NCBI RefSeq assembly: GCF_009914755.1
Contig: NC_060928.1
From: the human T2T-CHM13v2.0 reference genome, Homo sapiens
Reading direction: 5' to 3' (one strand)
Length of the DNA stretch: 64,000 nucleotides
Position numbers and translations under genes: made by a program. Within the stretch, counting starts at the first letter, position 1. Each line of letters starts with the position of its first letter. The notes beneath the pieces are model-generated. The model had not been told where the DNA came from. It saw nothing but the letters and a program-made list of their open reading frames with translations, and ran no database searches. Below, one piece after another: positions 39,051 to 53,499 of this stretch.

Positions 39051-42000
39051 ACAATGCTTCACATGGATTTCAGCTTCACAATTGGGGATCTTAGTAAAGT
39101 TTTCCCACAAGAAAAATAAAGTTATGATTTTCAAAACTTCTAAAATATTTCCATACTTTTAAACATCTAAATTAAAACTAATTAATTCTGTCTTTCTAGG
39201 GAAAACAGTTTTCTAGGTATTTTCAAAGCATTTGATTGCATGGGTAGTATAGTAATAATACCAAAGTACTTAGAAGAAAAAACTCATCACTTGCAATTTT
39301 AATAATGTAGAAAATACTAAATGTTAAGTCAATATTATAATTTATCTTAAGAATGCTCTATTTGCTAAGGATTACATTTATATTGTTTGAACCTACATCA
39401 TTTTCATATTATAATGAAAAAATACATGTATAATGATAATATTTTGAGTAATTATTTTCACCTATTCAATACATTGCTTAAAGTCAAATTGAATTATATA
39501 AAGATTTTCTTAAATACCTCTATCTGTATTTAAAATTATCCTTTCACTTTTGTTTCTAATTTAACTGTAGTTGTGTAAAGACAAACACACAAAAGTTTAG
39601 AAAAATCTCTTGAGAAAAATCACAGAAATTTGAATACTGTCCTCTTTTATTTTGATTACAAAGTGCTTTCCAGCCATGATAATTGACCTTTACTCATAAA
39701 ATTGATCCCTGGCACAGTAAATTGAGTCATTTATGTAAGCATAGCTGTTTAAGTTAAGTAGGCTTTCAAGTCCACATATTTTCTAAATACCAGCCTGAGT
39801 TCAAGGTGCTTTAGAAGAATAAAAAAAAGTATGTTATTAAAAAAAAAAAGCAGGTTCTTTGACCATTTTAGTGCTTAAGAAAGCAAAACACACTACAATT
39901 TCGACTTTGTGCACTGAAAGTTCCTTTTGCATGAAGCTTTTAAAAGAAATGAATTGGAAAATAAAGTTCCATCTGCTAACTCATCCCTTTGACATATAGA
40001 GTATTTGGTAGAATCCTGAAAAATAGATTCAAAACAACTTGTGTATAAAATGAAGGCAATAATATGAAACCAATTCTCTTTTTATTTCAAGAAAGATCAA
40101 AAGAAAGGAAGCATGTATCTTACATTGCAAAAAATCAGGATGTAAGATGACCACTGTTTATAAATTTGATCATTTTGGGGAGATAGTCAAAGAAAGTAGT
40201 AATTTACTCTCTTTAAGAAGTGCTCATTAGTGTATGCTTGGATTACTTTCCCCTTAATATACTGAGGTTTTCATGAAAATGATTCGGAAGCTAAAGCATT
40301 GTATAGATAGTAAAGATATGACTAAGAAAGTGATAAAAAAGGTTTTTTTCAAATTATGAAAGCTCTCTTTACCCCAAGTAACATAAATACTAACCAAAGA
40401 TGTCTTTGTGGTATCTATTTTCTGTTTTGGTTTTTGTTTATTCTTCTTTTTATTATTTAGTCAAGTGCATTTATTTATTTGTTTTTATTATTTTTTAATG
40501 AAACCGAAACCTAAATTTCCTGAGACTCAACATTTTCTCATAGTAGAGCTTCAAACATGTGAAACATATAGGTAGAGGATTAACAGAATGATTGTAGTAT
40601 CAAAATTATGAATATTTTCATTGTGATCTACCAGAGAGGAGTGAGTGGCACACATATTCAGAAAGCATTTTGATTTTTAGTTCAGGATAATTGCTAAAAG
40701 CAAAAATACTGTTATGGGTGGGCATGGCAAAATACTCCAACATTCCAGGTCACATGTTTATTTTACAGAATTAATCTAAATATTAAAATATGGGCACAAT
40801 TCATGATGATAATCAATAAACAGCCATCATCACCATATTTATAAATATTGATTTGACTTTGTAACTCAGTCATATCGTTAAATTTAGCGTCCTAAATCTT
40901 CTAGCACAAACTTGGCTCCAAGGGAGGGTTACTTACTTGGGAACCATAAAAAGTCACTATTCCCCTCTCCAAATGATTCTGGCACCCTCTCTTGTGAAGG
41001 CTGAATGTAACTTTTCCATCCTTCTCCATGAAGCACCCTGTCAATCTGAGTTGGTAGGCAAAGTGAAAGTGTATGCCATCCAGGAGCAGAGCATGCCTCA
41101 ATGTCATCATCTCAAATAACTGCAAAATTAGTCTTCCAGAAATTATTTCTCTCGCTGCTTTCTACCAGTCATCCTGAAGATTATTATCTTGTCTCTCCTC
41201 ATCTTCACAGTATGAACTCATAATTTTTCCATGTGGTTGATGCTCCTTTTGATACAACTAAAGAGGAAAGAACAAGCTTATTTTGTCTCATGTAAAGCAC
41301 CTAACAATACTGTCCTATTTAGAAGGCAGAAACCTCTTGCTCTCACTTAGATAAAGATAAATATTCTTTATCACAACAACACAAAGCAACAACAATAAAA
41401 AAATTAGTGTTCCAGGTTTAGTAGTGTCCAAATGTAAATATAACGAGGTTTTCTTGAAAGTGATTGGCATGTGGTCTCCACTGCAGAGAAAGCTCTCATT
41501 TGCACAAACCCATGTCTGAAATACACCTTCTCTCACTTGTATAAACATGAATTTTGTTACTAAGTTTTTAGTTTTAGGTAAAAATCTACGTGAGAATAGT
41601 TTTCATTAAAAAAACATTTCGAGTTAAGTGCTGCAAGAATTTTCAACAAAGATTTAAACAAATCAGCAGACCTTGTACGCATTTTTGACAGTGTTTTATC
41701 CTCAAAGTTATATTATATGCTAAAATTTAAATATACATCCTTAAGATACCAGTGCTTATTGATGGTTTTTGGTACTGTGTAAAATGGAGGTCCGAACCAC
41801 ATTCTAGGAAGCAGTGGGTCTGGTCTATTAAATGTAGAGTGAAGCTTCAGGTCATTTCTAGTTCACTAGCATTCTAAGCAATCCTGAAAATACATATAAT
41901 CCTCAATGTAGCATGATGTTTATTACACCCACATTTTTTTAAAAAATGTGAATCACTCTAACTGTGAGTGATGCTGGCTTTAAAATACATCAGGTAAACT

Positions 42001-42319
42001 TTTGCATTGTAGTTACTTCCATACTTTTCAATTTACTGTTAAAATCACTTTTTCATATCCTAAATATACATTAAATAGTGCAGGCAGACAGAGGGACCAG
42101 AAATTCATGGAAGAAGCTTTCTCAGAATGAAAACCAGTTTAAAATAGATCATTTCAGCCAAATCCTCTCATGGTTAATTAAGAATGGACAGAATGTAAGC
42201 ACACAGTAAAGAAAATTTACATAAGAAACTATGGACATTTGAATGAGTTGGTGTTTTCTCTCCTAATCGAAGGCAATAATGATGATGACAGTAATGCTAA
42301 TAGTAGTAATTATTTTATT

Positions 42320-42560
42320 AATGGCAACTACTACTAAATGGAATGATTACTATATGCCAGGTGTTAAGTGTCCCATTTTACAAATATTATCACTTAATTC
42401 TCAGAAGCCTACATGGATGTATTATAATCCCTGTTCAAGATTAGAAAAATTCGTTCTTAGGAATATTCTGATATGATTTTCCTATATAATACATTTAGTG
42501 TATGGTATAACTGGTATTCATACATGAGGTTCTCTGAGCCCAGAGTTCATACATTCAGTG
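42320..42560 (-). mobile_element. MIR
   Basis: TACTATATGCCAGGTGTTAAG...ATTATAATCCCTGTTCAAGATTAGAAAA. Confidence 0.6.
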
Positions 42561-43279
42561 ACCTTACAAAAATAAGTGATGTTGAAATCCAGGGTTTTTG
42601 ACAGCCTTTGGGTGATTTTTGCTATTATTGTTTGTTCCTCTGTGTATAACGCTGCAGAAGTATGCTGCATCTCTAGCAATTAAAGACTAAAATTTTAAAG
42701 TATTTTTTCCAATTACCTCAGTGAGATGACATTTGTAAAGATGCTGTATTATTTCATTTTAGCCTCTCAGAAAGGTACTAATCAAAAGATATTGCATAAG
42801 TCCATATTGATGTTGAATTCATTCCCCTGATTCTCACTTATGAGTGAAGATGGGGATATGAGCAAGCTGTCATGGGTCGGGAATGGCAGACAGAATTATT
42901 CCAGTCAAGCATAAGCTACTCTGGAGTGACATCAATCTTAAATACACATTTACTGGTGCCTGAATCTGTGGAAATTCTTAGAGTTTGGTCAATAACTAGG
43001 ATATCTGGCAATGTTCTACTCTGACTTGCATTTACTTTGAAAACTGTTTTTTTAAACATACAATGATATACTATTTGTATAATTCATAAAGCATAAATAG
43101 GTACTATAGACATTTGGTGCAGCAGGAGTGACCTTTCTAAAATATGGAAGTGATTGTATTAAACCTCTGGTTAAAATACTTAAATGGCTTCTATCAGTTG
43201 GAAAATATGATTGAAGACTGTTAGCAATGAAAATGTGGCCTTTGGATTTGTTTAACAATTATTTATTGATACCTATGGT

Positions 43280-43730
43280 GTCAACTGTGGTAGTTTAAAG
43301 AGCAAATATTTATTGATTTCATATAAGTCCAGAACTACACTGTTGAGAGGCAGCTGCAATGGTTTGATGACATCACAAGACACAAGTCCAGGTGCTTTTC
43401 ATCTTTCAGCCCTGTTTTTCACAGTATGCAGTCCTTCATCCCCAAGCTTATCACCTCATGGTGACAAGATAATTGTACTTCTCCTGGCTCATGTCTTTGT
43501 AACAGTCATAAAGAAGAAAAAGGAAAATAAGACAAAAGCTGATTAGGAAAACAATACATCAGACTATATAGAAGAATCAAGATTATTTCATTAGCCATCT
43601 CTAGTGTTAAGGGGTCTGGAAATGGATTTTTAGCTGGGCACCCTAGGAACCAAAAAATAACCAAAGTTCTACCTTTAAGGAAGATTAGGAAAACAGATAT
43701 TCGCTTAGCATCTAGCAGTGCCTACCTAAT
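43280..43730 (-). mobile_element. Ancient MaLR (MLT1K/L-like) LTR
   Basis: CCAGGTGCTTTTCATCTTTC...CACCTCATGGTGACAAGAT...TTTTTAGCTGGGCAC; family from memory. Confidence 0.5.
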
Positions 43731-44394
43731 AGCAAAAAAATCTGTTGGTCATTGGGGTTACAAATGATAACAATTGCCGTTGCCTAAAGTACTTTATGCA
43801 ATCTAGACTATATCAGCTATCCTATCTCTTGTCCTGACATGCCACTATATTTACTCTGTACTTCAGTGTAACTGAACAACTAATTCCCTGAAAATTCTGT
43901 ATACTTTCTCAATCGACTTGCCTTCACAGTTGTAACTTTTACTTGCAATGCCTGTGTTCTTGATATGCTTACATAGTTTCTCCTTTTCAAACATTTTCTC
44001 CTCTAACAAACATTCCTCTATGCCACATTATATTGTCAACATTCATATATACTTATATTATGGTGAGTGAGTGATTACTGTAACTGGGAATTTAAGATAT
44101 ATACAATTTGTGTCCACAAGGAAAGGGTTGATAAAAGTTGCTTTCAATGTTTAAGTAATATGTGACCAAAAAACTATATAATGATGTACAATGTGATGCG
44201 TGAAAATAAAATCTTTGGCTTGGTTAAATTATTATCACTTCAGTCACCATAGGAAAGGTAATAGTGAACATTTGAATATGTAATCTTTTAAATGTCACAT
44301 GCTTTCAATGACGACATGAAGTTACCAAGTGATGCTGGATAATTTTCTACGATTTTGAATATATTAATACAAGCCTATAAGTAACATTAGTGTA

Positions 44395-44620
44395 ACACTT
44401 CAGTGTTTCCAATTTGCTGTTATGCACTATCTTCCTCAATCTTCAAAAGAATCAATTACGGCAATATGATAAACATCATTATCCCTCTTTTACAGATTAG
44501 AAATATGTGTAGTTCAGAGAAGATCATGTATGTGGCAAGGGCCAAACAATTAGTGAGTGATAAATTAAGTACAGATCATTTGATTTTGAATACAATGTTC
44601 AGTTTACTAAATAATTCTCA
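44395..44620 (-). mobile_element. MIR
   Basis: ATTATCCCTCTTTTACAGATTAGAAA...GTTCAGAGAAGATCATGTA...AAGGGCCAAACAATTAGTGAGTG. Confidence 0.6.
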
Positions 44621-44813
44621 CTTTTGTTATGACTATTTCAATTTTTCTATAAATTTTTTTTCTCCTGAGTGTTTTGGCTCCTTTTGTTTACTAATAAAGT
44701 GTTCATGAGTTACAATTAGTTTTAAATGGCATGTAAACCCTAAATATCATTAACATAATTTGTTTACTATATACTACTCATTATTAAAGGTCAAAATTGC
44801 TTATTCCTAAGTT

Positions 44814-44924
44814 GGATAACCAAATTGTTTTAGTTTGCGTAAGACTTTCTCGCTTTTAAAACTGAAGGTCCCATATTTTAGGAGGCTCTCAGCCCTGAGA
44901 AAATCAGAGTATTTGATCATCCTG
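44814..44924. mobile_element. MER81/MER94-like hAT-Blackjack MITE
   Basis: About 110 bp with decayed termini GGATAACCAAA and TTTGATCATCC; internal TTTTAAAACTGAAGGTCCC. Confidence 0.6.
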
Positions 44925-45569
44925 TCCATATTGTGAGAAACAGAACATGTTAAGCTTTATGTTCTTTTGTCTACTCTTAGTTTTGAATTAGTTAGAAATA
45001 GAAATGCCTCAATCAGCAACTTAATTAAGAATCTTAAAAGAATGGAAACTTGTTGACACATTTTAAGAAAGAGCACAATTATTCATTTTATGTCATTAGA
45101 CACATAAAATTTAACAAATATTTATATTACAGGAACTGTTGGACTTTAATTTTATGTATCTTTATATCAAAGTATCATCAAATTAGTTTGCATTTATAGT
45201 GCTTATACAAAGGATAAAAAGGTTTCCTATGATTTTGAAAGAATTGTTATGACAGTTACAAGTACCACTGACTTTTAACCTTGAGAATAAAAGTATTTGG
45301 ATTTAAGTGTTTTTGAAAGAAACTGTATCTGTTGAAGTGTTTACCACTTTATCATTTAAAGTGATAAACTGTGTTTAATACAAGAAGTAAATTCTACTCA
45401 TCACTATGAAATTATAAAGAATCATCACCTCACTTTAGAATTATTTTGAGCATAACAACACAAAACAAGACAGAACTGTAAAATAAACCTCATAAATAAA
45501 AACAAAAGCAATATTTTATTATAATAAATTGGACTATTTTGTTAGCATTTTTATTAACACGTAGTAAAG

Positions 45570-46600
45570 AGAGAACTTTGCTTATGGACAAGATGTAATA
45601 GATCACAGTAGACCAGCGTTTCCTCTACAATAGCTAGAAAAATATTTTGAAAGAAATGAAATAGCTATGGAAGCAATAAGAATAAAGTAAAATTCCAAAA
45701 AGAAGAAAATCCTCCTATTTTGAGTAAAAGATGGTCAGACATTTCCTTCTTGGATTCAGATGCTGATTTTTGTATGGAGACTGGGTACCAGAACTGACCC
45801 AGGAAAACCCTAAGACAGAAATAGAAATCAGCAGAAGATTGGTGGTGGAGTGGAGGTGAATTCTCAAATGATAGGTTGAAACTAGAGAATCCCGAAACAA
45901 AGAGTTGTGTCCATGGAGAATTTGCTTCGTTCTGAGCTGCAATGGAGATGGAGATTTTCTAAGTGGAGAATTAAAATGAACCAATCTCGTGACTTATGAA
46001 ACAAAGTCCTGATGGAATACTGGGGCATGTCTCAAAAATGTGGCCAGTTTCCCCTCAAATCATTTGCTGAATATTGAAAAGACGGGATGCAAGAAAGATA
46101 AAGAGATAAGATGAAAACACCCCGGGGGGAGCACTAAATTTGTCACAGGCTTCTGGGGCTAAGACGGTAGGGGACCACCAAACTTTCCATCGAATCCATG
46201 AGAAGGCCACACATCTGGCACGAGGAAGAACCAGCAGTGGATTATCCCTAAGCTGCATCCCAGCTTAACTGAGCACAACTTTTGGTTGAACCGATGATAT
46301 TAAACAGCCATCCATAATCTGACTCACATGGGGAAGGGGGATTCTCTCTGGTGAAATAAACCATTATCTCGATCTATATGGTAGATTCATGCATAAATGC
46401 AATTTAAAAACACATAAGCTATTTGAAGACATAAGAAAATGTGACTAGGCAGGAGCACTGATAAGAACAAATACACGGGTAAATGTAAAAGAACACTGTT
46501 AAAACAGCAAAAAAAAATATCTTGTGGAGTTATGTGCTTAGAACACAGGCAATAATAAAGGACATGACAAGAAAGGTACAGATATGGGAAGGTGCAAATG
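45570..46600 (+). mobile_element. Probable very old L1 5' region
   Basis: GACAAGATGTAATAG start motif and L1-like A-rich text at 46400-46600; weak. Confidence 0.4.
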
Positions 46601-47210
46601 GGGTTTTCAATTTCCAGCAGCATATGCTTTAGTAACGCATTTAAATAGAAGACCTGGTTATAACCTTTCTGAGTACATTTATGACCACAATTGACTGACT
46701 TTATCTTCATAATTACTTGACAGCTTGACAATGTATAGCTACATACATAGACAATAATTTCTTGAACCTTAAAAACATGAATCTAGACTTTTAATCAGAA
46801 ATAAAAATATGATCCCTATGTAAATTTCTTTATACTGTGGATAATAATTTCTTAATAGTAAAATGTTTATGAAGTCCTCTTCATAAGTTCTGGTATGTCC
46901 TTGTATGTGTATGTGTGTATATATATTTCTATATAGTTGTGGGTCTATTTTTATGCATTTATCATCCCCAAGGAGGTAGGACTTCATATCTGAAAACAAA
47001 TGTTTGTATTTAAATTTCAGAAATGTCTTGGTATTCACTTTCTTGTCCATGTAGAAGATAATTAATTAAAATGTATTTTAAAGATGGGGATCCTTAGCAA
47101 CTTTCTAGCAACATGCCATTTTAAAATCTACTCCATGATTGAATTATTTGCCTAGTGCATGTTATGGTATTAACCAAATTCCAACTTGTGTCATAGTTAT
47201 GTCCCTGCTT

Positions 47211-47250
47211 CGTTTTGTTTTGTTTTGTTGTTTTGTTTTGTTTTGTTTCT
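47211..47250. repeat. (TTTTG)n
   Basis: Seen directly. Confidence 0.85.
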
Positions 47251-47254
47251 TGCT

Positions 47255-47368
47255 AATATATAGTCAACCACTTAGGGACAAAGATTGTTTTTACTTCAGC
47301 TTGTGTCATCCTTGTAGGGTCTTCATCCAAATAATTACTCAATAAATACTTGCTGAATAAATGAAATT
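47255..47368 (+). mobile_element. L2 3' end
   Basis: AGGGACAAAGATTG...ACTCAATAAATACTTGCTGAATAAATGAA. Confidence 0.6.
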
Positions 47369-47559
47369 GTTTTCAAAAGGATAATATATCCCTAACAAGA
47401 GGAGACTATAAGCCAAATTGTAGTTATCTGATGATGGGGATAAAAGAACATGCCACAAAATGTAGATAAAAGAAAGAGAACAAATGTGTTTGTACAAATG
47501 CTATTCTTATGGCAAGATCATGTGATCTATTTTGGCTGAACATAGAGACTTAGTTAAGA

Positions 47560-47950
47560 AGCCTTTGTTAAACTGCAGTTATGAATTAATTCCAGAATTC
47601 TAGTAATTTAATGCACAAAAAAGTGTTTTATGTCTTGTTTACAGTACATAGCTAATGTTGGTCAGGGTGGGAGGCAGCGTTTCTCACCATATAGTCATTC
47701 ATGGAATCAGACTAATGAAGCCTCTAACATCTGATAACACCATGTGGCCTTGTGACCTTCTATTTCATTATAGCAAATGAAAAGATGGCATAGTACACCT
47801 ACTGTTCTATATGCAGTCCAAATATGACTGTGGTCTTTCTGCTTAGAGCTCATTGGCCAAAAGAAGCTGCATTGCCTCTTCTGAATGCAGAGGCTGGAAA
47901 GTACAGGAGGATGTATGGCTATTTAGATAATAGCAATTATCATTTCCATT
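47560..47950 (-). mobile_element. Solo MLT1J-like LTR
   Basis: GCTCATTGGCCAAAAGAAG...GGCTGGAAAGTACAGG; layout parallels the LTR at 61.9-62.6 kb. Confidence 0.55.
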
Positions 47951-47981
47951 GGAGTGGTGAATATGGCCCAGAAATCACTTG

Positions 47982-48110
47982 CTGGGTACAATGCACATGA
48001 TTCACACAATAGATACCTTAAAATCTCTGACTTCATCACTATAAAATCGACGTACGTAACACAATTGCACTTGTACTCCATAAATGTATACAAATAAAAA
48101 TAAATAAACC
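47982..48110 (+). mobile_element. Short L1 3' end (L1PB/L1MA-type)
   Basis: CTGACTTCATCACTAT...TGCACTTGTACTCCATAAATGTATACAAATAAAAATAAATAAA. Confidence 0.75.
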
Positions 48111-48449
48111 TAAAGTTGGGAAAAACAATAAATGCATTTTTATGATGTGCGTATATTGTTGTGGGGGGAATATGTGCATCAAAAACTATGTTCTGGAAAT
48201 ATTTTGTGCTGTGATTAGGAATATAGTAGATACTAAAATATATAAGGTGAGCTGCCTGCCTTCAAGGAGTTTTAACTCTAATTGTAAAAAAGGTAAATTT
48301 ATTTAATACTATATTTTTGTTAATTACCTTGCCATTTAAGTAGTTCAGGATATTTCGGAGTCAAAACTAACTTTGTTTAGATTATATTAACTGTGCTAAA
48401 TGTGTTAATTTGCAGATAATTTGTATTTTATGGTATTATTTCCTTCCCA

Positions 48450-49170
48450 TATAAGAACACAGGATTACTTAAGTTCAGATTCTGATTTGTCTTTGATGTG
48501 CTCTCATTTTCATTATATATGGTCTCTACTTTCCTGTTAAATTTATGTATACATATTTCATTAAGTTTCTTAATTTTATTTTGTTCTTGCTTGTTATTTT
48601 GAATACGATAATTTTCTTATAGCTTTTTCTAGGCATTTATTACTAAATTTGAGACAATTTCTGATTTCTTTGTTATTTTTATTTTCAGTCACTTTATCAA
48701 GTTATCTTATTTGTAGTTTAGATAAGAAGGTGGGGATTGTAGTTACAAATCATACCATCAATAAGAAAAATACTTTTATCCTTTTTCCAATGTTTATATT
48801 ATTTATTTATTTCTTGAGTATCTATATTTGCTAACTACCCAAGAAAATGTTACATAATATAGTAAGAGTTCAGCTTCCATTGACTTCCCTATTTTAAATG
48901 GTTTTTAGAATTTTGTTCTGTAGAATAATGCTTATTCAAGGTTTTGGTAAATTGTTTTATTCATTTTCTTTATATTTCTCTGACACTCATACTTTTCACT
49001 GGGAATTAATTTTGATATTACCAAATGTTTTATTGGAACCTACCAATAGAATTTTTTACTTTTTTCTCCTCACATGTCTGAAGGAAAAAAAGTGATAAAA
49101 TTTCTAACATTAAATGATGCTTTGATTAATAAAATAATCCCTGCTCAGTAATTCTACATTAATCAGAGGG
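48450..49170 (-). mobile_element. Old L1M ORF2 fragment
   Basis: T-rich antisense L1-like text, very diverged. Confidence 0.45.
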
Positions 49171-49214
49171 AAAGAAGCTGTGTACATATTGTTGTTTTCC
49201 TCTTCACAGTTTCT

Positions 49215-50296
49215 CACATCTACATAACTTCTTGATACAATTCTTCTCATCCTTCTGCATGGCCCTTTTAATTTATAGATCTCCATTTCTTTTGGGTTGG
49301 TTATTGGAATATGATTATGTTCTTTTTGTGGTATCATTTTTCCTTGTTTTGTGTGTGTGTGTGTACACATGTGTTTCTTATTCTCTTGCATTGCTCTATT
49401 TGTATTTGAAGAAGCAGTCACCTCCTCCAGTCTTTACCGATTGGCTTTGAGAGAGAAATACCTTCACCAATCATCCCAGCTAGGGAATCTGAATTCTTTT
49501 CTATGAATTCTTCTCTATGAATTCTTTTCTACAAATTCTTCTTCCCTCGGGGATGAAGGGGGAGCTTTTAAAATTTTATGTATTCCCTTGATCCTACAAA
49601 GCCAGGCTGGACACTGAAAGCCTCCCATTTGTTTTCCCTAGGGTAATGCCCTAAAATGCTACAGTTTGTGTGCCTTCATTCATTTCTGCAGAGTCGAGCT
49701 GCCTGTTTGCACAAGACAAAAGGTTGCCAGCATGGGGGAAGGAGTGTGTCAGCATGGGGAGCATTAGACGTACCATTGTATCAGTTAGTGGGGAATCCAA
49801 AGGCAAGACATTCCATGCAGCTCATAGGGGGTTCCTGATGAAGTCTGCAGAGTATTTAGCATAGTCTGTCCTCTCTTCTCTGTTCCCAGCTCTCCCAATA
49901 ACTCAGCCATGGTGATCAGCTTAGTCTTCTGGGTGGAGCAAAAGACAAGTGGGCCCCTTGGGCAGGATCCTGCATGGTGGGGGAGCCAGGCATTCACTTA
50001 CTACATTGTCACTTTCACATGTCAGATAAGGTGTGGATGAAGGTGGCCTCTCTTGTTTCTTAGCTGTGCCACCTTGTGAGAGAAAGGGTAATAAGGTAAA
50101 GCAAAACTGTTCTTCTCACCCTCTTTGATGCATGTGTTCTCAAAATTTTGCTCCAGTGATGAGCTGGAACTTCTTCCCTAGACTTCTATGTTCCCACAAA
50201 ACTACTCTTGTTCATGGATTGTTGTCAAAGTAAATTCTTCTACAGGAGGAAGATGGTAGAAAGTTTGTATTCTGTCAACTTGTTGATGTCATTCTA
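49215..50296 (-). mobile_element. L1M 5'UTR and ORF1 start
   Basis: ORF 49110-49421(-) has the ORF1-like IPQKEHNHIPITNPKEMEIYKL; ends at TCTGTCAACTTGTTGATGTCATTCT, resembling an L1M 5' terminus. Confidence 0.75.
49490..49541. repeat. 14-bp tandem repeat (TGAATTCTTYTCTA) x3 plus a partial unit
   Basis: Units at 49490, 49504 and 49518. Confidence 0.85.
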
Positions 50297-50716
50297 CCAT
50301 AGCTGACTTAAGAAAATGGTTGTTAATTTCTGGAAGTTAAAACAATGTTTTAATCTGTGTGCTTATATTAAAAACAGGGCAACAAAAATTATTTTTAATA
50401 TTTTATGCATTTATTTTAATTAGTTCAATTCACCGTGTTGGTAAGGATGATTTTTAAATAAAAAAGATGAGGATTATTTTCAGACATATCCTAACAAAAA
50501 ATATTTTATTTCTCCAGTCTGGATAAAAGCTACCTTACACCATCATTGAGAGGACTAAAAGAACATTTAAACATTTTTAAAAAATACATTGTATCATAAA
50601 TTTGTTATTATATTCATATTAATCGTGTGCAAACATGCTATTAAAATCATGTCTTTATATTACTCCTCATCATATTTCAACTAAACATGCACAAAAAACT
50701 GTTGCTTCTATTTCTA

Positions 50717-51049
<333 letters not shown>

Positions 51050-52679
51050 TAAAATTGTTTTCTTGTCTCATACAATCTTATTCCTTAGAAAATGCAGGTT
51101 ATGTTAATGGCCAGTGTCATCAAGTAATGGAAGTTTATTCAAAATTCTTTTCACATAAGTCAAAATCGACCACAGCTAAAATTTACTATCACTGTAAATC
51201 TATTGAAAAAATAAAAAGTACTGCTGAGTAAGTAATCTAATAATTACAACTCTATTGCTTTAGAGTTTGTTTTATAAACTTATTTAATTAACTTTTATAA
51301 GAAAAAGATTATTTTCTTCAGAATCCTAATTTAGGAACGATAACATTCCAGAACCATATAACATTCCTGCCACCATTTTTTAAAGCTGTTCTTACTATTA
51401 CCCTTTCCATTGGATTTTATTAGTTAGATTCCCATGCTCTGTGATTATGTAAATAGGTTCTGAGACACACAGTGCTTAAAGTTTAGGGCCAAATGAGACT
51501 CTAAGCAGCATCTATCATTTGTGGAATAATAATAATAATAATAGAATAGATGCCAATTTGCTCTAACAATAAACAGGGCTCTCAAAAGCCCTGTGGTTGT
51601 ATTTCCTTGGAAACTTACTTATTGCTTTATCAAGTTGGAGAACAAGTTTAATATTACCAAATAATAATTTTCTATGCATGTAACATTTAATAGTAGATAT
51701 ATAACACCTATTATTCCCATTGGAAAAACTAAAGTAATGAATTAATTATCAATTAGTTAGATCTTATTCTTTGAAACAATGTTTTAAAAGCCCTATGTAT
51801 TAAAATATTAATTATTAAAATTATTCCTTATGAGATAAACTAAAAGATGGAAGACATTCTAATGATATGAAATTCAAGTCCAACTTTAATATATTCATTT
51901 CCAAAATATGGAAGGTTGTCAGAGAAAGTTAGAAATTAATCAAAGCAGTCTTTGAGCTTTTAAACTTCATCAACTACAATATGAAATCAAAACATACTAT
52001 TTCTGCACATTTTCTCAGTAAAAAAATGAATTATTTTGCTTTCACTTACAATCATGCATACATAATTTCAATCTGCTTATTGTTTTTATTTAGCACTTTG
52101 CACAAGAAAAGTAAAGACATTGCTGAGCTCTAAGAAGCCTGTCAGCACAACCATCCATTTGCTCTTAGGACTACACTGCTATGCTGAGTTGATTTTTACT
52201 ACTTTTGCATTTTAGAATATGAAAAACAATACTGTATTCCTAGTCTCAAAGCAACATTTAGCTGAAATAAGCAGCATGTTGAGACACTTGATTTGCATTT
52301 ATTTAAAAAAGTAAAAGTTATAAAAATTATAAAAATCCAATTAATACTAATACAATTGCTGTCAGGAATGGAGAAGGAAAATATTGCAAACATTTTTATA
52401 AGACGCTTGAATGGCAAGACAAATACCACCAAAGAAAAAAAAATGTATTTAAACACACACTAAATGGTTTATTGGATGATAAACAGAAAAATTATTTTGT
52501 GTAAAACGAAATCTAAAGAATGTTTAATATCAAGGTGCATAGAATTATATACAAATTTTCTAAGATACTGTGAGAAACTTTTGTGGTTTTGATTTACATA
52601 TCCAGAGTTATCATATGATGAAGCTGCAAGACAATAGATCCTTGCATCCAATTTAGTTGTATTGAACTGCAAAAAAAAA

Positions 52680-52780
52680 TGCATTCAATTTTAGGCACCT
52701 CATTTCTAACAAAATATAAAAAGCCAGACAGATTTCTGAGAAGGCCAACAATAATGTTCAGGGATCTGGAGAGGGTATAC
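52680..52780 (+). mobile_element. L3/CR1 LINE fragment
   Basis: TTTTAGGCACCTCATTT...GAGAAGGCCAACAATAATGTTCAGGGATCTGGAG resembles the CR1 ORF2 C-terminal region. Confidence 0.5.
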
Positions 52781-52921
52781 TTAATAAGATAATGTTCACA
52801 GCAGTCTCTTTCTCACATCTCCGGAACATGATTAGATGTATAGTCATCATAGATTCTGTATAAGCATACAGCTTTTTGATTTGTTTTAAAAAAAGGAAGT
52901 TTGCTTAAAATAAGATGGTTT

Positions 52922-53085
52922 TCATAGAATTTTCTAACCAGAAGGAAACAATAAGAATCACCTTATCCAACACCCTCATTTAAAAATGAGGCTTCAGGTC
53001 TGAAGTTGTCATCCTAAACTAGTCCCTGGAGCTTGTCAGTGTCAGAGCCAATATTAGAACACACATTCTTGAAAATAAAAGCCTT
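52922..53085 (-). mobile_element. MIR3/MIR fragment
   Basis: CATAGAATTTT...TCCAACACCCTCATTTAAAAATGAGG...GTCAGAGCC. Confidence 0.55.
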
Positions 53086-53234
53086 TTTTCCAATTTGCCA
53101 CACACTTCAAGTATCTGTAGCTAGTATCATTTTACAGAATTGGAAGTACCACATTAAAATTTCCCACTATATTTAGGATATTCTTACTATTCGTGTTTTG
53201 TGTAAAACAAGCTGATTTTACTTTTTGCCCTATA

Positions 53235-53385
53235 ACCTAGATGTTTGACCTTGGACTAATTATTTAAGCTTTCATTTTCTGTAAAATGAAATTATTAATA
53301 GTAGCAACTTCTTGGGGTTGTCTTGAGAATCACATGAGAAAATTAAAGTAACTTGTTTAACTCAGAACCTGGAGCATGGCACAGG
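53235..53385 (+). mobile_element. MIR fragment
   Basis: TGACCTTGGAC...CTGTAAAATGAAATTATTAATAGTAGCAACTTCTTGGGGTTGTCTTGAGAAT. Confidence 0.7.
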
Positions 53386-53499
53386 TTTTATCGTCATTGA
53401 CTATAATTATGAATTGTGAAGAAGCATACACAGGAGGGTAAAAAGTACTCTTTACCTTCCAGAAATTCTCCTCACTGAATAACTTTACAAAATAAACCG

